A stretch of 64,000 nucleotides of DNA from an uncultured Peptostreptococcaceae bacterium (lineage in GTDB: Bacteria; Bacillota; Clostridia; Peptostreptococcales; BM714), in the NCBI GenBank assembly GCA_964512505.1, contig CAZEHH010000001.1, forward strand, positions 51,391 through 115,390, given 5' to 3'. Shown here in pieces: positions 1-8,132 of this stretch (its first letter is position 1; every line of letters starts with the position of its first letter). Both the position numbers and the translations under genes were made by a program. The notes beneath the pieces were generated by a model. That model saw only the letters and a list, made by a program, of their open reading frames with translations, searched no databases and was not told the origin of the DNA.

Positions 1-158
1 GATTCCATCGGAAACATTAATCCATCGGCCCCTACGCCGAAATGCCTTTCGCAGATTCTTTCCGCAATCTCTGACACGCTCAAGTCTGTACCAATTATTT
101 CTTCATATTCAGTTAAAATAAAATCATTCCCTGTTCCATGCATTTTTGTAAATTTCAA
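1..158 (-). CDS. dapF: Diaminopimelate epimerase, N-terminal fragment (gene runs off the window start)
   Basis: Minus-strand translation from TTG at 158 gives MKFTKMHGTGNDFILTEYEE...GVGADGLMFPME, the canonical DapF N-terminus (KMHGxGNDF). An AAGGAGAG RBS lies 7 nt upstream. The gene is cut by the window edge, so it is not in the ORF track. Confidence 0.8.
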   Translation of the reverse strand, partial: MKFTKMHGTGNDFILTEYEEIIGTDLSVSEIAERICERHFGVGADGLMFPME

Positions 159-220
159 TTTGCACTCTCCTTGCTTAATTTCTTTTATTATACCAAATTT
201 TATTGCTTCAATTATCAAAT

Positions 221-248
221 TTGTTTTACTCTATAAAAATGATATACT
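221..248 (+). promoter_or_regulatory. Candidate sigma-A promoter of rqcH (TTGTTT-16 nt-TATACT)
   Basis: TTGTTT at 221-226 and TATACT at 243-248, about 30 nt upstream of the AAAGGGTGA RBS and the ATG at 278. Motif match only. Confidence 0.35.
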
Positions 249-277
249 TGAGCATATCAAAATGAAAGGGTGATATT

Positions 278-2053
278 ATGCCGTTTGACGGATATGTTGC
301 TCGCGCGCTCAAGTGCGAGTTGAATGCGGTTCTAAAAGAATCGAGAATAGATAAAATATACCAGCCCGACAAATTTCAACTGATGCTGCGTTTCAAAAGG
401 GGCCGCGAAACCCGAAAGTTGTTGATTTCTGTAAATTCCAGTCTTCCATATATCGCAATGACTGAAATGGATAAAACAAACCCGAGCTCGCCTCCTCTCT
501 TCTGCATGGTTCTAAGAAAGCATTTGCAAGGCGGTTTTTTGAGTGAAGTTGTGCAATACGACAACGACAGGATACTTTTTTTTGATTTCCACACACATGA
601 CGAAATGAAATTTTCAGAAAGAAAGCGACTTGTTGTAGAATTGATGGGAAAACACAGCAACATAATTCTTTTGGATTCCGAAGGAATAATAATAGACAGC
701 ATAAGAAGAATTCCCTCAACCATCAGCCGGCAGCGCCAAGTCCTTCCCGGTCTCGCATATGCCTTTCCACCCGACCAGAATAAAACCAATATCGAAAACT
801 GCATTTGCAGCGATTTTTTTGAAAAGATTCAATTCAAGAATACGGATGTCTATAAAATGATTTATTCCAACTACAAAGGAATAAGTCCAATATTGGCAAA
901 GGAGTTCTGCCAGCGCTCCGGAATAGATCCTCATTCAAATACAGCCGACATGGATTCCGCATCCTCCAAAAGACTTTGGGAAACCATAATATACTTTGGA
1001 AAATCAATCGATTCCGGCAATGAAAAACCTACTGTGTTTACTGAAAAAAATTCCCCCAAGGATTTTCATGCGGCAGAATTGGAAACATACCCGAATCAAA
1101 TCTACGAACGCGAAAATTTCAATTCGATTTCCTGTGCAATAGACAGGTTCTATATCGACAAGAACAAGGCTGCTAATCTTGCGGCCAAATCCTCGAATTT
1201 GAATAAGCTTGTTAAGTCCAGGATTTCGCAGGCAAGCAACAAACTACAGAAACTTCATGATGAATACACCCATTCGCTTGATTATGAGAAATACAAGATA
1301 TACGGCGATATTCTTTTGGCGAACATCCATAAAGTTAAACAAGGAATGGAATCGATATCGTTGGAAAATTTCTATGACGAAAACAGCCCGATAGAAATAC
1401 CTCTGGACAATAGACTCAGTCCGTCAAAGAATGCTCAAAAATATTTTAAAAAATACAACAAATACAAAAATGCGAAATTGCAGCTCCACAAACAAATACT
1501 TATTGCAAAGAGCGAAATTGAATATTTGGAGAATGTTCTTGTAAATCTTGAAAATTCATATGAATTTACAAACATTGCTGCAATAAAGGAAGAATTGAAA
1601 AAAGAAGGATATTTGGGCAATCGTTTCAGCCAAAACAAAAAGCAGACTAAAACAAAAGAAATTGATAAATTCAACAAAATGCACATGTCTTTTCTGACTG
1701 AAAACGGCAAAAAAATAATAGCAGGGAAAAACAGCAGCCAAAATGAACGCGTCACCTTTAAAAAATCGCGACCCGGAGATTTTTGGTTTCATGCAAAGAA
1801 TATGCCAGGCTCTCATGTAGTGCTTGTAAACGACGGTTCCTTATTGGAAAAAGACTTCATTGATGCTGCTTCAATAGCAGCTTATTACAGCAAAGGACGC
1901 CTTTCTTCAAATGTTCCTGTCGACTGCACCGAAATACGAAACGTAAAAAAAATCAAGGGAGCCGGTCCTGGACTTGTTACATACTCGGGACAAAACACGC
2001 TTTATGTAACTCCTCAAGAGAAAGAAATACAAAAGATGAAGTCCATGGATTAA
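278..2053 (+). CDS. rqcH: Ribosome quality-control factor RqcH (NFACT / FbpA-DUF814 family)
   Basis: 591 aa. The N-terminus MPFDGYVARALKCEL...IDKIYQP and the C-terminal DFWFHAKNMPGSHVV (DUF814) are typical of NFACT proteins. A central coiled coil is present. RBS AAAGGGTGA. Confidence 0.85.
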   Translation: MPFDGYVARALKCELNAVLKESRIDKIYQPDKFQLMLRFKRGRETRKLLISVNSSLPYIAMTEMDKTNPSSPPLFCMVLRKHLQGGFLSEVVQYDNDRILFFDFHTHDEMKFSERKRLVVELMGKHSNIILLDSEGIIIDSIRRIPSTISRQRQVLPGLAYAFPPDQNKTNIENCICSDFFEKIQFKNTDVYKMIYSNYKGISPILAKEFCQRSGIDPHSNTADMDSASSKRLWETIIYFGKSIDSGNEKPTVFTEKNSPKDFHAAELETYPNQIYERENFNSISCAIDRFYIDKNKAANLAAKSSNLNKLVKSRISQASNKLQKLHDEYTHSLDYEKYKIYGDILLANIHKVKQGMESISLENFYDENSPIEIPLDNRLSPSKNAQKYFKKYNKYKNAKLQLHKQILIAKSEIEYLENVLVNLENSYEFTNIAAIKEELKKEGYLGNRFSQNKKQTKTKEIDKFNKMHMSFLTENGKKIIAGKNSSQNERVTFKKSRPGDFWFHAKNMPGSHVVLVNDGSLLEKDFIDAASIAAYYSKGRLSSNVPVDCTEIRNVKKIKGAGPGLVTYSGQNTLYVTPQEKEIQKMKSMD

Positions 2054-2076
2054 TCCATGGACTTCATCTTTTGTAT
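2027..2076. repeat. Perfect 50-bp palindrome spanning both stop codons; contains a bidirectional intrinsic-terminator-like hairpin
   Basis: 2027-2051 is the exact reverse complement of 2052-2076 (checked base by base). The inner 15-bp stem GATGAAGTCCATGGA/TCCATGGACTTCATC has loop TTAA and is followed by TTTTGTAT on both strands. Confidence 0.95.
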
Positions 2077-2967
2077 AAGTTCTTTCATGTCTTCAGGCAT
2101 AGGACATGTAAAAGTCATCATCCTCTTTTCAATCGGGTGGTAAAAACTAAGTTTTTTAGCGTGAAGCGCCTGCCTTGAAAAAACATGTCTTCTTTTTTTG
2201 AATCCATATGATGCATCGCCCACAATGGGGTGCCCTATATATGACATATGCACCCTTATTTGATGTGTCCTCCCAGTTTCAAGCTCACACTTTACAAGAG
2301 TCGCATTTCTGAATCTCCTTAAAACTTCGAAATGGGTGATTGCGGGTTTCCCTTTTTCCACAACAGCCATTTTCATTCGATTTGATGGATCTCTCCCGAT
2401 TGGAGCATCCACTGTTCCGGATTTCTCTTTTACGTTTCCCTCAACCAATGCATAATATATTCTTGTGATTTCGTGGTCCTTCAACTGTTCCGACAGATTT
2501 TTATGAATCGCGTCGTTTTTTGCAACAACCAGCAGTCCAGTTGTGTCCTTGTCTATCCTGTGTACTATCCCAGGCCTGATCACACCGTTTATGGAAGACA
2601 GCGAATCACAATGATACAAAAGTGCGTTTACAAGCGTTCCGTCATAGTTCCCAGGTGCCGGATGCACCACCATGCCCTTATCCTTGTTTATGACTAAAAG
2701 CCCCTCATCCTCATAAACGATATTCAGCTTTATGTTTTGGGCTTCAACCTCAAGCTTTTCGGGCTCAGGAACAGTCAATTCCAATGTCGCGCCTTGCTTC
2801 AACCTGTGATTCTTTTTCACGACTTTAATGCCATCTTGCGTCACGTTTCCATCGCCAATCAACTTTTGCAGGTAATTTCTTGAAAATTCCTCTAGATTTT
2901 CATTGAGGTAAGCATCCAGCCTGCATCCTTCCCCGTCTTCGCCAACAATCACCTTTAATGTTTCCAT
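2050..2967 (-). CDS. rluD: RluA-family 23S rRNA pseudouridine synthase (RluD-like, N-terminal S4 domain)
   Basis: 305 aa with motifs HRIDKDTTGLLVVAK and GRTHQIRVHM. Overlaps rqcH by 4 nt at the stop codons. Confidence 0.85.
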   Translation of the reverse strand: METLKVIVGEDGEGCRLDAYLNENLEEFSRNYLQKLIGDGNVTQDGIKVVKKNHRLKQGATLELTVPEPEKLEVEAQNIKLNIVYEDEGLLVINKDKGMVVHPAPGNYDGTLVNALLYHCDSLSSINGVIRPGIVHRIDKDTTGLLVVAKNDAIHKNLSEQLKDHEITRIYYALVEGNVKEKSGTVDAPIGRDPSNRMKMAVVEKGKPAITHFEVLRRFRNATLVKCELETGRTHQIRVHMSYIGHPIVGDASYGFKKRRHVFSRQALHAKKLSFYHPIEKRMMTFTCPMPEDMKELIQKMKSMD

Positions 2968-2973
2968 ATCATA

Positions 2974-3669
2974 TCATTCCATTTCCATTTTTTTGATAAG
3001 ATCAATAACCACGCGGCTGGATTCGTGTGCATGCTTGTCGGCAAATTCGCTGAAATTTTCGGTTGCCGAATTGTCCGCCTTGTCTGAAATTGTCCTAATC
3101 ACTACAAAAGGTCTTTTATTGACATGACAAACATGAGCTATTGCCGCGCCTTCCATCTCCGCACATACCCCGCCGAAAAATTCATTAAGGTGAATTCTTT
3201 TTTCGGAATCCGCAACAAACACATCGCCTGAAACTATTCTTCCTACATGCACTCTTTTTTCTTTGCCTATGGCTTCGACAGTCAAATCAATCAATCTCGG
3301 TTCTGCCTCGAAAATGGATCTTTCCATTCTCGGTATCACGCCGGGTTCATATCCGAAACCTGTTGCATCCATGTCGTGTTCGAGCAATTCGCTTGAAACA
3401 ACTATGTCTCCTATTTCGAGAAATTCTTCCAAAGCCCCTGCAAGCCCTGTATTAATTATGCTTTCAACCTGGAATTTTGTTATCAGTATCTGAGCGCAAA
3501 GAGCTGCATTAACCTTGCCTATGCCAGACATCACAAGCACAACTTCAGTGTTGTGTACAAATCCTTTGTTGAAAGTCATTCCTGCATAAATTTCTTTGTC
3601 CTTTATTTCCATCAATTCCAATATGCACTGGATTTCCTCCTCCATTGCTCCGATTATTCCTATCTTCAT
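2974..3669 (-). CDS. mtnN: 5'-methylthioadenosine/S-adenosylhomocysteine nucleosidase
   Basis: 231 aa. MKIGIIGAMEEEI..., EMEGAAIAHV and ISDKAD are typical Pfs/MtnN motifs. RBS AGGAGG. Confidence 0.9.
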   Translation of the reverse strand: MKIGIIGAMEEEIQCILELMEIKDKEIYAGMTFNKGFVHNTEVVLVMSGIGKVNAALCAQILITKFQVESIINTGLAGALEEFLEIGDIVVSSELLEHDMDATGFGYEPGVIPRMERSIFEAEPRLIDLTVEAIGKEKRVHVGRIVSGDVFVADSEKRIHLNEFFGGVCAEMEGAAIAHVCHVNKRPFVVIRTISDKADNSATENFSEFADKHAHESSRVVIDLIKKMEME

Positions 3670-3695
3670 TTCTTGATTACCTCCTGTGAATTCTT

Positions 3696-3723
3696 AAAAA
3701 CAACCCACCAAAAAGGCGGGTTG
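3696..3723 (-). terminator. Intrinsic terminator-like hairpin downstream of divIVA
   Basis: Minus-strand RNA CAACCCGCC-UUUUU-GGUGGGUUG followed by UUUUU. One pair is G.U on the minus strand but A/C on the plus strand, so the structure is strand-specific. Confidence 0.6.
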
Positions 3724-3739
3724 AATATTTTGACCGTAT

Positions 3740-4195
3740 TCAATCAAACATGTCCTCAGTTGACTTGTTCAATAATTCTATCTGCGACTTTAAAAGATTT
3801 CTATACCTTTCATTGAAAATCAACACCTGTTTTTTGGCATCGTCAAACTCTCTCTTTACCCTCATGACTTCTCCGTTCGCTTTCTCAATTATCCTTTTTG
3901 CTTCCTCTTCAGCCTTTTTATTTATGAATTCAGCTTCTTTTGCAGCATTGTTTTTTAAGGTTTCCGCGGTATCGCTTGCCAATATCAATGTTTCGTTCAA
4001 TGTCTTTTCCATGCTTTTGTAAGTCTCAATTTGCTCTTCAAGCAATACTATGCGTTCTTTAAGATCCTTATTCTCCTTGTATATGATTTCATAGTCCTCG
4101 AAAATATCATCTATGAATTTATCGACTTCCCCGGTCTGATAGCCTCTCAATGATTTCCCAAATTCAACGGCTTGTATTTCCAACGGATTAATCAT
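3740..4195 (-). CDS. divIVA: DivIVA domain-containing cell-division protein
   Basis: 151 aa. N-terminus MINPLEIQAVEFGKSLRGYQTGEVDKFID followed by a coiled coil. It is the last gene of the ylm cluster. Confidence 0.9.
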   Translation of the reverse strand: MINPLEIQAVEFGKSLRGYQTGEVDKFIDDIFEDYEIIYKENKDLKERIVLLEEQIETYKSMEKTLNETLILASDTAETLKNNAAKEAEFINKKAEEEAKRIIEKANGEVMRVKREFDDAKKQVLIFNERYRNLLKSQIELLNKSTEDMFD

Positions 4196-4207
4196 TTTTT
4201 CCCCCCA

Positions 4208-5014
4208 TCACACATATTTTTTTATTTTAAGAACATAGTTGCCTTTTTTAGTAACGCCTTTCGTATCACCTATTCTTATTTTGCCATGGCCTCTATATGA
4301 AACAACATCCGATTCCATAACACAATGATCAGCCGTGTTCAGTATAAAGTCATTCAATTTCACTTTGCCTTTTAATATATCGCCTTTTACGTCTTTTCTG
4401 CTTCGCTTGAAAAGTTTTGATAAAATCAAATCGGACCTCATTGAAGATACGACTATTTCATTCTCATTGAAACGCTGTTTGGGCATATCGAATTCCCCGC
4501 ATGAGATCGCTTTGGATGATTCAATGCAGGCCCTTCCCACTCGATTAATATTCATTCTGATAAAATCAACCATGTCATCCGATACAACCACATGGGACAC
4601 AAACCCTTCTATCCCTATATCGCCAACCTTTGACCGCTTTACCCCAAGCGAAAGCAATGCCCCTAAAACATCTCTGTGTCCAACCTCCGAATTGAATTTC
4701 ATTTCAATGAGTCTCAATCCCGCTTCTTCCATCGATATTTCACCATGGGTCGAAAATATCATTCTTCCCCTTTCGGCATCCGGATATCCACCCTCAAAGC
4801 GGATCCCCACTTCATTGTCTCCTGTTGAACGCACGAGAGACTCGACAAAATCGAACCGGCTCCTGGATATTATTCCACTGATTCCCAAAGTTTTGCCCCT
4901 GGAAATGGATTCATATGCAGACAAAACCTTAAGAATTTCATAAACATCGTCTTTAGAATGACTGATGTGCTTCTGCCTGTTCAAAAAGTCTTCGACTTCT
5001 TTTTTTCCCGGCAT
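4208..5014 (-). CDS. ylmH: YlmH-family RNA-binding protein (S4 domain)
   Basis: 268 aa with a C-terminal S4-like region (MRSDLILSKLFKRSRKDVKGDILKGKVKLN). Sits in the conserved position between yggT and divIVA. Confidence 0.8.
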   Translation of the reverse strand: MPGKKEVEDFLNRQKHISHSKDDVYEILKVLSAYESISRGKTLGISGIISRSRFDFVESLVRSTGDNEVGIRFEGGYPDAERGRMIFSTHGEISMEEAGLRLIEMKFNSEVGHRDVLGALLSLGVKRSKVGDIGIEGFVSHVVVSDDMVDFIRMNINRVGRACIESSKAISCGEFDMPKQRFNENEIVVSSMRSDLILSKLFKRSRKDVKGDILKGKVKLNDFILNTADHCVMESDVVSYRGHGKIRIGDTKGVTKKGNYVLKIKKYV

Positions 5015-5015
5015 T

Positions 5016-5291
5016 CTATAGAACGCTTACTATCAAGCTACTTAGCACGTCAAGCGCAAGGATTGCGAAAATAGGCGAAAAATCAATCATGCCTCCCCCA
5101 ATGCCCATTTTGAACAAAAGGTTTCTAAAAGGCGAAAGAATCGGCTCAGTCAAGCCGTACAGCATCTTGAAAATCGGATTTGAATAATCGCGCGCAAACC
5201 ATGAAAATATTATTCTCGCAATAATCAAAAAATTAACCACTTCAACAAATCTATAAATCGATTCCTTTATAATCCACATGTTCTCCTCCAT
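5016..5291 (-). CDS. YggT/YlmG family membrane protein
   Basis: 91 aa with two hydrophobic segments and the LTEPILSPFR motif. Located in the ylm cluster. Confidence 0.8.
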   Translation of the reverse strand: MEENMWIIKESIYRFVEVVNFLIIARIIFSWFARDYSNPIFKMLYGLTEPILSPFRNLLFKMGIGGGMIDFSPIFAILALDVLSSLIVSVL

Positions 5292-5297
5292 ATTCCA

Positions 5298-5741
5298 CTA
5301 CTTTTGCCAAGGAAAAATTCCTTTTTCAGTTGTCTCGGTTTTGAAATCCCCTTGTATTTCAACATTTTTGGGAGCTATTATGAAAATGCCTTTGGAGATT
5401 TTTTGAATTTTCCCCTCCAATGCATATACAGCCCCGTTAAGGAAATCAAATATTTTTTTTGCCAATTCATATTCAAGCTCTTCAAGATTTATTACAACAG
5501 GCTTATTGTTTTTGAGGTTGTCCACTATGCCTGGAACCTCTTCAAAATCTTTTGGTTCGTGGACAATAACCCTCATCTGTTGGTTTGAATGTATGTTCAA
5601 AATCTTATTCCCCCTGACCTTGGTGTCGGCTTGCTCAATGCTTTGCTCTGAAAATATCTCATCCTCTTCAATTTCATCAAATTCATCTTCATCATATTCG
5701 TCAATACCCATGAAAAATTTAATTTTATCGATTACGCTCAT
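5298..5741 (-). CDS. sepF: Cell division protein SepF (YlmF)
   Basis: 147 aa. An acidic N-terminal linker precedes a conserved C-terminal domain (VIVHEPKDFEEVPGIVDNLKNNKPVVINLE...IFIIAPKNVEI). Confidence 0.9.
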   Translation of the reverse strand: MSVIDKIKFFMGIDEYDEDEFDEIEEDEIFSEQSIEQADTKVRGNKILNIHSNQQMRVIVHEPKDFEEVPGIVDNLKNNKPVVINLEELEYELAKKIFDFLNGAVYALEGKIQKISKGIFIIAPKNVEIQGDFKTETTEKGIFPWQK

Positions 5742-5753
5742 TCCAATTCCTCC

Positions 5754-6446
5754 TTATTTTGAATAATTCCTTTCCCCAAATATCCCCGTCCCTATCCTGA
5801 CCATATTGGCGCCTTCCTCTATTGCCGTTTCAAAATCATGCGTCATTCCCATGGACAGATAAAGCATTTGATTCTCATGGCCTTTCATTTTCATTCTTAT
5901 AAACAATTCATGCATTTTCTTGAAATACGGCCTTACTTTTTCTTTATCTTCAATATATGGTGCAATAGCCATAAATCCGCATATCCTAACATTGTCGAGA
6001 CTTGCTGCCTCATTCAGAAATGATTCGGCATCATCGTAATCAATGCCTGATTTGCTCACTTCTTGGCCTATGTTTATCTGGATGAGGCAATCCATAGTTT
6101 TTCCCGACCGGGCCGCCCTCTTGTCTATCTCACGGGCAAGCTCCATGCTGTCAAGCGAATGGACCATGTCAACCTTGTCAATTATGTATTTAACCTTGTT
6201 CCTTTGCAAATGGCCTATCATATGCCATTTGACTTTTTCTTCTATCTTGTCGTACTTGCCCAGTATCTCCTGCACCTTGTTTTCTCCAAGCACAGAAACC
6301 CCTGCCTCTATCGCTTCTTTTATCCTTTCGGCATCGATTGTTTTTGTAACTGCAATCAATTGTATTCCATTTCTTTCAATGCCTTTTTCTTTGCAGATCT
6401 TCCCTATTTTTTTTTCTATTTCCCCAATGTTTATTTCAATTCCCAT
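5754..6446 (-). CDS. YggS/YlmE family pyridoxal-phosphate homeostasis protein
   Basis: 230 aa with motifs LIAVTKT, HMIGHLQRNKVK and LSMGMTHDFETAIEEGANMVRIG. Confidence 0.9.
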   Translation of the reverse strand: MGIEINIGEIEKKIGKICKEKGIERNGIQLIAVTKTIDAERIKEAIEAGVSVLGENKVQEILGKYDKIEEKVKWHMIGHLQRNKVKYIIDKVDMVHSLDSMELAREIDKRAARSGKTMDCLIQINIGQEVSKSGIDYDDAESFLNEAASLDNVRICGFMAIAPYIEDKEKVRPYFKKMHELFIRMKMKGHENQMLYLSMGMTHDFETAIEEGANMVRIGTGIFGERNYSK

Positions 6447-6455
6447 AAAGACCTC

Positions 6456-7613
6456 CTAGTCGCTGATGTCGACAATAATCTCGTCATATACCTTGACGGT
6501 GTCTACCGCTTCGACATTTCCATTTTCATCATTCCTATAGAAAATTCCATCGCTTACAACCGCCCATTCATTATTTGAGCCTTTTACGCCCACAGGCTTG
6601 AAAACAGCTTTCCCGTTAATGTTTTTTATAAGAACGCCCATTTCTTCCTCTTGATAAACAAGAGCATCAACAGGCACAATCAATCCGTTTATATTTTTGT
6701 TTATTATATGCATTCTTGTCGACCTTTTCCCCAAAAACACCCTTGCCTGCTCGCTTATTCTCAAAATGGCATAACAGTTGCCTATTTCATTATTTGTTTC
6801 AACTACCCTTGCATCCACATTTTCATCTTCAAAAACAATCTTGACGCTCGACCCCTCGTTGAAACGTCCAATGTTCCTAAGGTCTGTATAGACATATACA
6901 TACCAAGCCGAATTGTCGATTACTTTCATTATCGGAGAATCCTTTTCGGCTTCTTTCTCTTTAAGGTTTACCGAATTTATGGTTTCACTCCGCACTTTTT
7001 CCATGTCCAGAAACATTACGCTTTCCCTGCTTAAAATTTCCTCATAACCGTCAATATTGAATGAAACGATTCCGGATATGGGCGAATTAGCTCCATTATA
7101 GCGATTCACAGCTTCTGTTTCAATTTCTTCTCTTCCTGCTTGCATTATTTTTTCATCGATTGCATGCTTTATCAATGCAATCCTGTCATAGATTCCATTT
7201 GCAGACAAACTTCGTATGTCTTGGACCTGTTTCCCAACATCGAGATTTTCATATGCCACCCTCATGTATTCCCCCGACGTCTTTATTTCGACATGCTGCG
7301 CGTTTCCAGCTGCGCCTCCACCGTATGTCCCGGTTTCAATATAATAGAGAGGATATCCTTTTCTTACTTTGTCGCCTTCATTGACTTTGTATTTTATTTG
7401 TCCTGATTCAAGCGGAAATACAAGAATTTCATCTCTTATTATCAAGCAGTCATATTCATTTTCCTGCACTATGCTTCCATACTCTACGATATAGGGTTCA
7501 TCCGGTTGTTCAAAGTTTCCAATAAGCGCCAATATCTTATAAAGAAAAAAAATTATGATAATCAAGAAAACGCCGTATTCAAAAACTCTATGCCTTTTAT
7601 TGCTTCTTCTCAT
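6456..7613 (-). CDS. Membrane-anchored HlyD / membrane-fusion-like protein, function unknown
   Basis: 385 aa. One N-terminal TM segment (VFLIIIIFFLYKILALI), a lipoyl/barrel-sandwich-like motif (KVNEGDKVRKGYPLYYIE), and a beta-rich C-terminus. No adjacent transporter gene. Separated by 9 nt from yggS. Confidence 0.5.
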   Translation of the reverse strand: MRRSNKRHRVFEYGVFLIIIIFFLYKILALIGNFEQPDEPYIVEYGSIVQENEYDCLIIRDEILVFPLESGQIKYKVNEGDKVRKGYPLYYIETGTYGGGAAGNAQHVEIKTSGEYMRVAYENLDVGKQVQDIRSLSANGIYDRIALIKHAIDEKIMQAGREEIETEAVNRYNGANSPISGIVSFNIDGYEEILSRESVMFLDMEKVRSETINSVNLKEKEAEKDSPIMKVIDNSAWYVYVYTDLRNIGRFNEGSSVKIVFEDENVDARVVETNNEIGNCYAILRISEQARVFLGKRSTRMHIINKNINGLIVPVDALVYQEEEMGVLIKNINGKAVFKPVGVKGSNNEWAVVSDGIFYRNDENGNVEAVDTVKVYDEIIVDISD

Positions 7614-7635
7614 TGGAATCCCCTGTCAAAATAAA

Positions 7636-7660
7636 TATAAGGCTACTAAGCAGCCTTATA
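7636..7660 (-). terminator. Hairpin overlapping the stop of the 128-aa ORF (weak intrinsic terminator)
   Basis: Minus-strand UAUAAGGCU-GCUUAGU-AGCCUUAUA followed by UUUAUUUUG. The stem is AU-rich, so the strength is uncertain. Confidence 0.45.
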
Positions 7661-8042
7661 TAATTTTACCATATCTTGATACTATTTTTAATTTTTTTAT
7701 ATGTATAACACTGAATTCCATAATGTTGTCGTCATCTGTCAACAGACACAATTTTTCTTTATATTTCTTTATCCCCAACACTTTACCCTTGTAAGTCTTG
7801 TTGGTTTCAACGAGACTCAATTTTATTTCATCTCCTATTGAAAGCCTCATCTTGCCGAGTTTGAAACATTTCTTGTCGATAAGTTTCAAATAGCTTTCAG
7901 TAAGCGTGCGACTCTTTATGATTATTTTGTTTTTGCATGAATGACGTCTTTCTTCAAACAAACATGCCAAATAACAAGCCACCGAAGCAATCAGCAACAA
8001 AACCGCGGTTTTCAGCATAGAATCCAAGATTTGCATTTGCAT
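7656..8042 (-). CDS. Hypothetical small membrane-anchored protein
   Basis: 128 aa (126 if it starts at the second ATG, 8036, which has better spacing to GAAGGGA). It has an N-terminal TM helix (AVLLLIASVACYLACLF) and a Lys-rich, beta-strand-like C-terminal domain. I recognise no family. Confidence 0.5.
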   Translation of the reverse strand: MQMQILDSMLKTAVLLLIASVACYLACLFEERRHSCKNKIIIKSRTLTESYLKLIDKKCFKLGKMRLSIGDEIKLSLVETNKTYKGKVLGIKKYKEKLCLLTDDDNIMEFSVIHIKKLKIVSRYGKII

Positions 8043-8074
8043 CCCTTCTTTTCGATAGGTTTTTCGACAATTTA

Positions 8075-8103
8075 ATTATGGCACAATAAAATGAATTTTT
8101 CAA
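8075..8103 (-). promoter_or_regulatory. Candidate sigma-A promoter with extended -10 (TTGAAA-17 nt-TGcCATAAT) for the 128-aa ORF
   Basis: Minus strand: TTGAAA (8103-8098), a 17-nt spacer ending in TGC, and CATAAT (8080-8075), about 33 nt upstream of the ATG. Confidence 0.5.
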
Positions 8104-8132
8104 TATTCTTTGTTAGTTTTTTATCAATTCAT

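Noticed and set aside
4335-4943. Other long antisense ORFs (4335-4943, 26185-27130, 32731-33318, 44526-45089, 51775-52359, 58821-59468)
   Set aside because: Each lies entirely within a well-supported minus-strand gene, lacks an SD, and translates to low-complexity or Ser/Phe/Ile-rich sequence. They were treated as frame shadows typical of AT-rich genomes.
7619-7630. Perfect TTGACA hexamer just upstream of the HlyD-like gene
   Set aside because: It lies only about 11 nt from the ATG and overlaps the SD spacing region. There is no room for a -10 box and a 5' UTR.
7656-8042. Possibility that the 128-aa protein is a PilZ (c-di-GMP binding) domain
   Set aside because: Only loose resemblance: RRHSCK is not RxxxR, and LSIGD is not D/NxSxxG. 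This is not enough to make the call, so the protein is left as hypothetical.
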